Shown here: in pieces, positions 35,166 through 43,249 of the stretch
How the letters are laid out: every line of letters begins with the position of its first letter
Numbering within the stretch: the stretch's first letter is position 1
Assembly (NCBI GenBank): GCA_965603765.1
Contig: CBFDEG010000001.1
Coordinates: 1-58,554, forward strand
Direction: 5' to 3'
Source of the DNA: an uncultured bacterium
GTDB lineage: Bacteria > Nitrospirota > Thermodesulfovibrionia > UBA6902
DNA: 58,554 nt
Position numbers and translations under genes: made by a program
The notes under the pieces: model-generated
The model's input: the letters and a program-made list of their open reading frames with translations, nothing else
What the model was told of the DNA's origin: nothing
Database searches by the model: none

Positions 35166-37619
35166 TCACATCTTCTCTAATTTAACAGCAACTATCGGTG
35201 ATTCGCCTTCTGATGATATGCTTGTGAGCGTATTTATCTTTGCGAACGGGAAGTGGGTCGGCACGAACACTGTTCCGTCAGGCAGTTCTGATGCGACCTT
35301 TGCCTTCAAAAATACCGAGCCCTGTTTAGAGGTTATCTTTACATGACTGTCATCCTCTATGCCGTTATTTTTAGCGTCCTCTTCACTTATCTCAAGCAAT
35401 GCTTCCGAGACAACCAGGTCGAGGGACTTGGAGCTTGTGGACATGCTTCCAGAGTGCTGGACAACATCCCTTATTACGAGTTTGAACGGATATGCGCTGT
35501 CAGCCTCATCACCGGTTCTGTATTCAACCGGGTTGAATGCCTTTGTGCCTGAGGATTCCTCTGCGGGCAGGGCCTTTATTTCTTCCTGAACAGCCGCAAG
35601 GTTTCTTACGCCTGTGTCCTCTCCCATTGCGAGCGCGAGGTTTCTGAGTATCATCCAGTCAGCAACCGATTGTCCGGTCGGGTCAGAGAGTTTATGCACC
35701 TTCTGAGTTCTGCCTTCAGCGCTTGTGAATGTACCGCTCTTTTCACCCCAGCTTGAGGCGGGCAGTACAACGTTTGCAAGCTTTGCTGTATCTGTCATAA
35801 AGATGTCCTGGACAACGAGGAAATCAAGTGATTTAAGCTTCTCGATGACCTTTTTGCTGTCAGGGTATGTTGTTGCAGGGTCTTCACCCATTACATAGAG
35901 CATGCTTAACGGCATGTTCTCATTGTAGAGCATCTCCAATACACCCTTGTCCTCAGGTTCGTTAAGCGGCCTTATGCCCATTTTATAATGTCCAAAAGTG
36001 TTTGAGAATTCAGCCGGTATCTGGAGCGCCTCAGGCCCGTCACCCAGAAGGTTGACAAGGTTTGCCGCGGCAAGGACCGTGTCCATGCCTTTTGTGTTCT
36101 CAGAGACACTGACCGAAAGCGATATCATTCTGCTCTTTGCATTGCCAAGCGCTTCTGCGGCGTACACAATGTCAGCTTCAGGAATGCCTGTGATGGCGGA
36201 CACTTTGTCGGCAGTGTAGTTTTCGAGCGAGCTTTCAAGTGCCGCAAGATCTTTGATCTTTGATGCGGCATCTTTGTCATAAAGACCTTTGTCGATTATT
36301 ATCTTCATGAGGCCGTTTATAAGTGCTACGCTTGTGCCGTCATTTATGCTGAGCCATTTTGAGCTGTGCCTTGTCAGTTTTGACTCTCTTGAATCAGCCA
36401 CCAGAAGTTCGCTCCCCTCTCTTTTTGCCTGGAGCATGTTAAGCCCGAAAACAGGATGGGTAACGCTGGGGTCTGACTCGAGGACGAGAATGACGTCCTT
36501 GCCTATCGGGGATTGGAGGTCTATCTTATGGTTTTTCTGACCGAAAGATCTTTCCCACGCCTTTTGTACCTTTGTATATCCGAACTCAGCGGACGATCCA
36601 ATATTGTTGGTGCCGATTATCTTCCGCATGAATTTCTGGAGAAGATAGTTGTCTTCATTTGTACACCTCGGGGAGCCTATTGCGCCGACTGTATCCGGTT
36701 TGGCTGTTTTGAGGACGGCTTTTATATTATTCGAGATATAGTCGAGTGCATCGTCCCATGATACTTCATTGAACTCATCACCTTCTTTTATCAAAGGATT
36801 CTTGAGGCGTTTGGCGCTGTATATGTAGTCAATGCCGAACCTGCCTCTTCCGCAGAGGTTTCCGTCACTGACACCGACACCTTCTTTACCGCTTGCCCTG
36901 AGGATCTTTCCTTCCCTCATTCCAAGAGTAAGGGTACAGCCTACACCGCAGAACGGACAGGTTGTGTCCTGGTCTTCTATGAACCATGAGCGTGCGGTGA
37001 ATTTGTAAGGCTTGCTGAGAATAGCGCCCGTAGGACATACGTCAAGACATTGTCCGCAGTAATCACATTCGAGTATTTCGCCGAATGCAGGCTGAACAAC
37101 TGTATCGAATCCTCTGCCTATAAGGCCGAGCGCCGCTTTCCCCTGGTGTTCTGCACAGATCCGGACACATTTACCGCAGAGAATGCAGCGTCTTGAAGTG
37201 AGCTCTATCAGCGGGCCACGAACATCTGATGCAGCCTCTTTTCGATGCCTTAGAAATCTTCCTTCGGGTTTGCCGTATTCATAGGCCAGATCCTGGAGGT
37301 CGCATTCGCCTGCCTTGTCGCACTCCGGGCAATCGAGCGGGTGATGGATCAGCATAAGCTCGATTACTGTCTGGCGAAGCTTTCGTAGTTTTGGAGTTTC
37401 TGTGATGACTTCCATTCCTTCCTGTGCAGGCGCTGAACATGCCGCGAAAAGCCTTGGCTGGTCCTTGACCTCAACCAGGCAGAGCCTGCATCCTCCGTAT
37501 GGCCTCAGCCTCTTGTCAGCACACAGGTTCGGTATATATATTTTATTTCTTAACGCAACAGAGAGGATCGTATCTCCGGTTTCCGCAGTGACTTCTTTTC
37601 CGTTGATTATCAGCTTCAT
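35166..37619 (-). CDS. NuoG/Nqo3-like Fe-S subunit with a molybdopterin-oxidoreductase-fold domain (no obvious active-site Cys/Sec)
   Basis: N-terminal 2Fe-2S (C..GGCRLC). His/Cys cluster HHPLDCPECDKAGEC. CILCGKCVRIC and CDYCGQCLDVCP. MopB 4Fe-4S CPFCGVGC. The segment IGTNNIGSSAEFGYTKV sits where formate dehydrogenases carry C/U-H. Confidence 0.85.
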   Translation of the reverse strand: MKLIINGKEVTAETGDTILSVALRNKIYIPNLCADKRLRPYGGCRLCLVEVKDQPRLFAACSAPAQEGMEVITETPKLRKLRQTVIELMLIHHPLDCPECDKAGECDLQDLAYEYGKPEGRFLRHRKEAASDVRGPLIELTSRRCILCGKCVRICAEHQGKAALGLIGRGFDTVVQPAFGEILECDYCGQCLDVCPTGAILSKPYKFTARSWFIEDQDTTCPFCGVGCTLTLGMREGKILRASGKEGVGVSDGNLCGRGRFGIDYIYSAKRLKNPLIKEGDEFNEVSWDDALDYISNNIKAVLKTAKPDTVGAIGSPRCTNEDNYLLQKFMRKIIGTNNIGSSAEFGYTKVQKAWERSFGQKNHKIDLQSPIGKDVILVLESDPSVTHPVFGLNMLQAKREGSELLVADSRESKLTRHSSKWLSINDGTSVALINGLMKIIIDKGLYDKDAASKIKDLAALESSLENYTADKVSAITGIPEADIVYAAEALGNAKSRMISLSVSVSENTKGMDTVLAAANLVNLLGDGPEALQIPAEFSNTFGHYKMGIRPLNEPEDKGVLEMLYNENMPLSMLYVMGEDPATTYPDSKKVIEKLKSLDFLVVQDIFMTDTAKLANVVLPASSWGEKSGTFTSAEGRTQKVHKLSDPTGQSVADWMILRNLALAMGEDTGVRNLAAVQEEIKALPAEESSGTKAFNPVEYRTGDEADSAYPFKLVIRDVVQHSGSMSTSSKSLDLVVSEALLEISEEDAKNNGIEDDSHVKITSKQGSVFLKAKVASELPDGTVFVPTHFPFAKINTLTSISSEGESPIVAVKLEKM

Positions 37620-39466
37620 TATTTCGTCACCTCCTGATCCTGTTCAGCAGGTTCCGGCTCTTTAAGGGAAGCATTTATTTCTATTGCACCGAACGGGCAG
37701 GCATCATAACATGTCCTGCATTGTACGCATAGCTCCTGTATTACCCTGTGGGGCTGTTTCTTTTCTCCCACAATGGCTTTTGAAGGACAACCCCTTAAAC
37801 AGAGGCCGCATCCCTTGCATTTTTCCGCGTTTATATCGAATGAGCATAGTGTGCTGCATATTCCGGCCTTGCACCAGCGCTCGTTGATGTGGGATTCATA
37901 TTCATGCCTGAAGTATTTGATTGTTGTAAGTACCGGGTTCGGAGCTGTCTGTCCCAGACCGCAGAGAGATGTTGCTATAATGTCTTTGCTGAGATCAAGA
38001 AGGGTCTCTATGTCTCCCTCTTTTCCCCGGCCGGCACAGATATCGGTCAGCATATCGAGCATGACCTTTGTACCGACCCTGCAGGGTGTACATTTTCCGC
38101 AGGACTCTTCAGCTGTGAACTCAAGAAAGAATTTCGCGGTGCTTACCATGCATGTATCTTCGTCCATGACAACCATACCGCCGGACCCTACAATTGCGCC
38201 GGTCTTGTTAATGTCTTCATACGTAACCGGGATGTCTAACAGCTCTTCAGGGATACAGCCTCCTGACGGGCCTCCGAGCTGGACTGCCTTGAATTTCTTC
38301 TTTTTCTTGTTTATGCCGCCTCCGATGTCATAAATAATCGATCTCAGCGGTATGCCCATCGGCACTTCAACAAGGCCGACGTTTTTAATGTCTCCTGTAA
38401 GCGCGAATACTTTTGTGCCCGCGCTCTTTTCTGTGCCTAATGTCCTGTACCATTCGGCCCCGCCTAAGATAATAGGGGCTATCTGTGCCAGTGATTCGAC
38501 ATTATTCAGAACGGACGGTTTGTCCCAAAGTCCTTTGTGGGCAGGGAAGGGAGGTCTCGGTCTCGGCATGCCGCGCTGTCCCTCAATGGAACGCATAAGA
38601 GCGGTCTCTTCACCGCAGACGAATGCCCCGGCTCCGAGATATATCTCAAGATCAAAATCAAAACCGCTGTCAAGGATGTTCTCTCCCAGAAGTCCGGCGT
38701 CACGGCATTTTTCTATTGCCATCTGGAGACGTTCAACAGCAAGCGGATATTCCGCTCTGACATAAATGACGCCTTTGCTCGAGCCGATCGCCTTTGCACC
38801 GATAATCATTCCCTCGATTACGGAATGGGGGTCAGCTTCCATGACCGACCTGTCCATGAATGCACCGGGATCACCTTCGTCACCATTGCAGAGCATGTAT
38901 TTCTGGTCCGCGACCGATTTAGAGGCGAATTCCCATTTAAGACCTGTCGGGAAACCCGCTCCGCCTCGTCCTCTCAGGCCTGAGTCTTTCATTACCTGGA
39001 TAATATCTTCAGACGTCATTTCAGTCAGCGCCTTTGCTGTGGCTGAATATCCGTCTCTTGCGATGTATTCTTCGAGGCTTTCAGGGTCTATCATGCCTTT
39101 GTTCCTTAATACCCTGAGCACCTGGTGTTTAAAAAATGGTATGTCATTCATTAAAGGAATGGCACTTTTATTCTCGGCGTCCTTAAACATTAATTTCTCA
39201 TACGGACGGCCCTTTAGAAAATGCTCTTCAACGAGCTTTGGTATTTCTTCAACAGTGAGTTTCTGATAGAAGATCTCTTCGGGGTATACAAGCATGACAG
39301 GACCCTCGGCGCAAAAACCGTTGCAACCTGTAAGTACGATCTTGATCTCATCCGCGAGCCCCTGTTTTTCGAGCTCAGCCTGCAAGGCGTCTTTTACCTT
39401 GGGGGTCCCGGTTGCAACACATCCGGTACCGGCGCACATCAATAAATTGGCACGATATTTTTCCAT
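37619..39466 (-). CDS. NuoF/HydB-like NAD(P)H-FMN subunit with an extra N-terminal [2Fe-2S] and C-terminal 2x[4Fe-4S]
   Basis: CAGTGC...GCNGFC. GRGGAGFPTG. GAGAFVCGEETAL. SCGKCTPCR. CKGCGLCLRGCP and CVQCRTCYDACP. Its stop overlaps the next start (TAATG). Confidence 0.9.
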   Translation of the reverse strand: MEKYRANLLMCAGTGCVATGTPKVKDALQAELEKQGLADEIKIVLTGCNGFCAEGPVMLVYPEEIFYQKLTVEEIPKLVEEHFLKGRPYEKLMFKDAENKSAIPLMNDIPFFKHQVLRVLRNKGMIDPESLEEYIARDGYSATAKALTEMTSEDIIQVMKDSGLRGRGGAGFPTGLKWEFASKSVADQKYMLCNGDEGDPGAFMDRSVMEADPHSVIEGMIIGAKAIGSSKGVIYVRAEYPLAVERLQMAIEKCRDAGLLGENILDSGFDFDLEIYLGAGAFVCGEETALMRSIEGQRGMPRPRPPFPAHKGLWDKPSVLNNVESLAQIAPIILGGAEWYRTLGTEKSAGTKVFALTGDIKNVGLVEVPMGIPLRSIIYDIGGGINKKKKKFKAVQLGGPSGGCIPEELLDIPVTYEDINKTGAIVGSGGMVVMDEDTCMVSTAKFFLEFTAEESCGKCTPCRVGTKVMLDMLTDICAGRGKEGDIETLLDLSKDIIATSLCGLGQTAPNPVLTTIKYFRHEYESHINERWCKAGICSTLCSFDINAEKCKGCGLCLRGCPSKAIVGEKKQPHRVIQELCVQCRTCYDACPFGAIEINASLKEPEPAEQDQEVTK

Positions 39467-39512
39467 ATGTATCTCCTAATAAATAGGGTTTGAAAATTCA
39501 AAAAATTAATAA

Positions 39513-39896
39513 TTAATATGTTGTTTCACTGCCGATAACAAGCGCGTATTTTTCAACGGGCTTGCCGCCCATAACATGCTCTTTGAATATCTCGCGTATC
39601 TTGTCGGCTGTAAGTTCGCCGTATTTTACAGGGGGCTGGTTCACTATTTCGACTGTCACCATCGGCTCCCGGGCACAAAAACCCGCGCATCCTGATGTTG
39701 TTGTTATCACGTCTTCGACCTTTGACAGTTCTATCTCTTCCATAAGCGCGGTCATGATGTTTCTTGCGCCTGCGGCGATACCGCATGTGCCCATATGGAC
39801 AGTGACCTTTGCCCTGTTGCCGCCTTCTCTGAGAGCAAATGTGGCGTGCTGTTTTTCTTTTATTTTTTTAAGATCAGCGATCGTTATTCTTGTCAT
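39513..39896 (-). CDS. Small thioredoxin-like [2Fe-2S] ferredoxin-domain protein (HydD-like)
   Basis: VHMGTCGIAAG ... SGCAGFCAREP. Only three Cys in 127 aa. Confidence 0.75.
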   Translation of the reverse strand: MTRITIADLKKIKEKQHATFALREGGNRAKVTVHMGTCGIAAGARNIMTALMEEIELSKVEDVITTTSGCAGFCAREPMVTVEIVNQPPVKYGELTADKIREIFKEHVMGGKPVEKYALVIGSETTY

Positions 39897-39981
39897 TTTG
39901 ATTCCTCCTTGTTAAAAGAAGGGACAAAGTGGCAAAGTGAAAAACTTTGTTCCTCTGTTCCTTTGAACCTTTGTGTCTGAT

Positions 39982-40854
39982 TTATCTATATTCATTCAGT
40001 ATTTCTGTTATCTTTTTCGGTGTGACCGCGCCGTATGTCTCCTCATCTACAACCACAACGGGCGCGAGCCCGCAAGCTCCGAGACAGCGTACTACTTCAA
40101 TAGAGAATTTTTTGTCTTCAGTCACATCTCCGACATCTATCTTGAGTTCTTCCTTTATCTTGTTGAGGGATTCTTCGACCCTCTTAACATAACAGGCGGT
40201 ACCCAGGCAGACCCTTATATTATGGTCGCCTCTCGGTTTCATGGTGAAAAAGGAATAAAATGAGACTATGCTGTGTATCTCGGCAGGCGAGAGGTTAAGC
40301 CCTTTGGCAACGCGCTTCTGCACTATTGGAGGCAGGTATCCGACTATTTGCTGACACCGCTGTAATACAGGGATCGAACTGCCGGGTTTGTCCTTGTACT
40401 TTTTTATGACCCTGTCCATCTCCTCGATCATTGAGGGAGGGAACTCGTCTTCCTTGGGTTTTGTTTCAACTGAAGCTTGTTTGTTCAGCCATTCGACAGC
40501 CCTCAGGGTGACATCTGTAAGCACCGCAGGGGTGAAAGGCTTCGGCACATAATCAATTATGCCGAGTTCAAGTGCTTCTTTTATTGTTTCCTGTGAAGGA
40601 TAGCCGGTCAGTATGACTATTCCGATATCAGGTCTTTTCTGTCTCAGCCATCTGATGAGCGTTATGCCGTCCATCTCGGGCATATTAAGGTCGGTGAGCA
40701 CAAGGTTGTAGCTGTTCTGCTCCATCTTAAGGATGGCCTCTTTTCCGCTTGAGGCGCTTTCTATCTCATATCCTTCAGACTTGAGGACCATTTCAACACT
40801 GCGGATAATGACTTTTTCATCATCTACAACAAGGATCTTGATATTATCAGGCAT
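39982..40854 (-). CDS. Fusion of a response-regulator receiver domain with a NuoE/HydC-type [2Fe-2S] subunit
   Basis: REC motifs: ILVVDDEK, LTDLNMPEMDG, VILTGY, VPKPF. NuoE motifs: CLGTACYVKR and CLGACGLAPVVVVD. Confidence 0.85.
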   Translation of the reverse strand: MPDNIKILVVDDEKVIIRSVEMVLKSEGYEIESASSGKEAILKMEQNSYNLVLTDLNMPEMDGITLIRWLRQKRPDIGIVILTGYPSQETIKEALELGIIDYVPKPFTPAVLTDVTLRAVEWLNKQASVETKPKEDEFPPSMIEEMDRVIKKYKDKPGSSIPVLQRCQQIVGYLPPIVQKRVAKGLNLSPAEIHSIVSFYSFFTMKPRGDHNIRVCLGTACYVKRVEESLNKIKEELKIDVGDVTEDKKFSIEVVRCLGACGLAPVVVVDEETYGAVTPKKITEILNEYR

Positions 40855-40963
40855 CAGGAGATTCCTCCTATATTATGGGGTGACGGGTAACAGTCTATAA
40901 ATGAATTTAATGACAGATACAGTCTCATTTTGACGAACCTTATTTAGTGAGAATAATTAAATG

Positions 40964-41737
40964 TTAAACGGTTTCCAGAGGAAACACTCTTGCAAGCCAT
41001 AGCAGCCAGCCTTCAGACAGGTGGTCTTTCAGCAGCGCGGCCATAACATCATTGGCCCTGGTGTTGATCTCTCTCAGGTCTGCGGTCATCGGTGAAAGCA
41101 GGTCATTGCTCTGACCTGTGCTTGAATAAATACTTGCAAAGGGTTTTCCTGCTTCGAATTTATCAAGGCCTTTAATAAAGTCCACATATGTGAGGGCGCC
41201 GGAAAGTATCCAGTACCTGAGATCACAACCTACTTCCCAAAGGCCGTCCTTTGCCGGGCGCGCCCATGTTCCTTCTTTATAGAAAATGATGGGGTTGTCC
41301 TGCTCCCGCAATGAGACAACTGAATCCCGGAATTCATCGATAAATGCCTGCCTCAGTATCCATCCCCTTTTGTCAAAGACCTTTTTGGCGACATTGAGCA
41401 TGAAGTCAGGGGTGAAGGGTTTTTCGAGATACTGCCGTGCTCCGAGCCTTGAAGCCTCTTTAGCATCTTCAAGCCGGGGGTATCCTGTAATTATTACAAC
41501 ATCGGTCTGTGGCTTGGCGATACGCGCTTCTTTCAGAACTTCCATGCCGCTTATGTCAGGCAGCATCACGTCAGATATGAAAAGGTCGAAGTCCTCTTTT
41601 ACCAGCTTGTTGAGGGCCGCTTCTCCTTTGTCGACAGTTGAAATGCTGTAACCTTCTGCTCCGAGTATTCTCTTGCAGCTTAATGTTACAACAGGGTCAT
41701 CATCAAGTATTAAAATCCTGCCTTTTTTCTCCATCAA
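40964..41737 (-). CDS. Receiver domain fused to a glycine-cleavage-H-like domain without the lipoyl lysine
   Basis: REC motifs: ILILDDDP, FISDVMLPDISG, VIITGY, LEKPF. C-terminal half: GLWEVGCD...LTYVDF...GKPFASIYSSTGQSNDLLSPMTADLREIN...SEGWLLWL. Confidence 0.7.
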   Translation of the reverse strand: MMEKKGRILILDDDPVVTLSCKRILGAEGYSISTVDKGEAALNKLVKEDFDLFISDVMLPDISGMEVLKEARIAKPQTDVVIITGYPRLEDAKEASRLGARQYLEKPFTPDFMLNVAKKVFDKRGWILRQAFIDEFRDSVVSLREQDNPIIFYKEGTWARPAKDGLWEVGCDLRYWILSGALTYVDFIKGLDKFEAGKPFASIYSSTGQSNDLLSPMTADLREINTRANDVMAALLKDHLSEGWLLWLARVFPLETV

Positions 41738-41837
41738 ACCCCCTTCCGGTTAATTTATTATACTTATTAAACCGGCATTTACATCCCGGAAAATTAACCT
41801 TAAAATAACCGGAACACTTAAATTGCAGAAATCAAGT

Positions 41838-42398
41838 TTATTCTATCATATTATCTGTACTATTTAACCATGCACTTATATCGTTCTTAATAATTTTTAT
41901 CACGTCCGGTTCGTTAATCGGGATGCCGTCGAGGTCTTTTTTGAGCTCTGCGGTATCGAGTGAATATTTTTTGTCATTTCTAATGTGCTCAAACAGGAAA
42001 TCTATCTCCGGATTGGACATGATGAGAATTATCATTGTCTGGGTAATGTCTCCGAGAGGTTTCCGGTCAATATGGTCATGCTGGAAGGATGCTTTTATGG
42101 ACGTGCCCTTGCCTTTTTCTGAATTTACAGTGATATTCCCGTTACATTCTCTTGCTGATTGAGCAAGCAGAGGGATGCCGAGTCCGACTTTGCGCGTGGT
42201 CCTTGTGGTGTAAAAAGGATTGCAGGCATTTTCGAGCAGTTCCTTATCCATGCCTTTGCCGTTGTCGCTTATCTCCAGTGTCAGCAGGTTTGCCGCAGTA
42301 TCCTCGACGATCGTTATATCTACCCTGTCCGCCTCAGCGGTTATGCAGTTCTCGGCAATGTCGAGTATATGTAATGACAGGTCTTCCATTACTCCCAC
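41838..42398 (-). CDS. Stand-alone GHKL/HATPase_c-type ATP-binding protein (no His-phosphotransfer domain)
   Basis: N-box HILDIAENCI, G1 ISDNGKGM, G2 GLGIPLL. 186 aa. Overlaps the PHP gene by 10 nt. Confidence 0.75.
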   Translation of the reverse strand: MGVMEDLSLHILDIAENCITAEADRVDITIVEDTAANLLTLEISDNGKGMDKELLENACNPFYTTRTTRKVGLGIPLLAQSARECNGNITVNSEKGKGTSIKASFQHDHIDRKPLGDITQTMIILIMSNPEIDFLFEHIRNDKKYSLDTAELKKDLDGIPINEPDVIKIIKNDISAWLNSTDNMIE

Positions 42399-43132
42399 AC
42401 CACTTTTCGTCCGTCAATATTCTTAAATGCCAATGAAATTTCCTTTATTGTCGGCTCGTTCATTATGAAACTTGTTGTTCTTTTTCCTATATCCTCAGGA
42501 TGGTGCGCGTCAGATGATGATATCCATGGGAATGAGCTGTACATATTGAATTTCTCTTCTGCGCCTTTTCTGTCTGTGTGAGGGGAGAATTCCAGGGCAT
42601 TAAATTTCATGTCATCAGATATAAAACCGAGCTGGGAGATTATGCTGAAGGCGTCCTTGTCAATATGAGAGGCCATGGCAAGCCCTCCCAAAGAATGAAT
42701 ATTATCAATAACTTCCTGCGCAGAGAGCATTGTCGCACCGATCAATAAACGTTTATTGAAATCCATGACCTCATCATTTTCATTTACAACGATCTGCTCC
42801 CCGAACATCTTTTCGTCATTTTCACCCGGCAGTAAATTATTATAGATAATATCCTGTAATTTGATGACAGCTTCCGTGTCATCAAAAAGCGCAAGGATGT
42901 GAGCTTCCTCAGCGGAACATATCTCCATTCCCGCAAGCACGGTCAGCTTTTTATCTGAAGCGGCCTTTTGTGCTGCGATTATGTTTTCTGCTGAATTATG
43001 GTCAGTTACCGCTATTATGTCAAGGTGTCGTTCGGATGCGGCATTTACAACAGCAAGGGGGGACATTTCGAGTTCAGCGCACGGGGAGAGACAGGTGTGG
43101 ATGTGCAGGTCAGCCCTGAATTCTTTCAGCAT
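42389..43132 (-). CDS. PHP-domain phosphoesterase
   Basis: ADLHIHTCLSPCA, VTDHNS, ASHID, SSSDAHH metal-binding motifs. Confidence 0.8.
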   Translation of the reverse strand: MLKEFRADLHIHTCLSPCAELEMSPLAVVNAASERHLDIIAVTDHNSAENIIAAQKAASDKKLTVLAGMEICSAEEAHILALFDDTEAVIKLQDIIYNNLLPGENDEKMFGEQIVVNENDEVMDFNKRLLIGATMLSAQEVIDNIHSLGGLAMASHIDKDAFSIISQLGFISDDMKFNALEFSPHTDRKGAEEKFNMYSSFPWISSSDAHHPEDIGKRTTSFIMNEPTIKEISLAFKNIDGRKVVWE

Positions 43133-43178
43133 TTATTACTGTAGCATATTTATATCGAGGTTGAACCTGCATAATTGA

Positions 43179-43206
43179 TAAAAAAAGGCACCCACAAGAG
43201 GTGCCC
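43179..43206 (-). terminator. Rho-independent terminator after the Zn-ribbon gene
   Basis: On the minus strand GGGGCACC-TCTTGTG-GGTGCC is followed by TTTTTTT. It carries the GTAGGGG cap of the REP family. Confidence 0.6.
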
Positions 43207-43249
43207 CTACGATATTCATAATTCGTAATTATTAATTATTAATTGCCGT

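Noticed and set aside
35166-37619. Calling the 817-aa protein an NAD-dependent formate dehydrogenase alpha subunit or an [FeFe]-hydrogenase
   Set aside because: There is no H-cluster signature. The FDH active-site segment lacks the Cys/Sec-His pair, and no fdhD/fdhE or hydEFG maturase genes are nearby.
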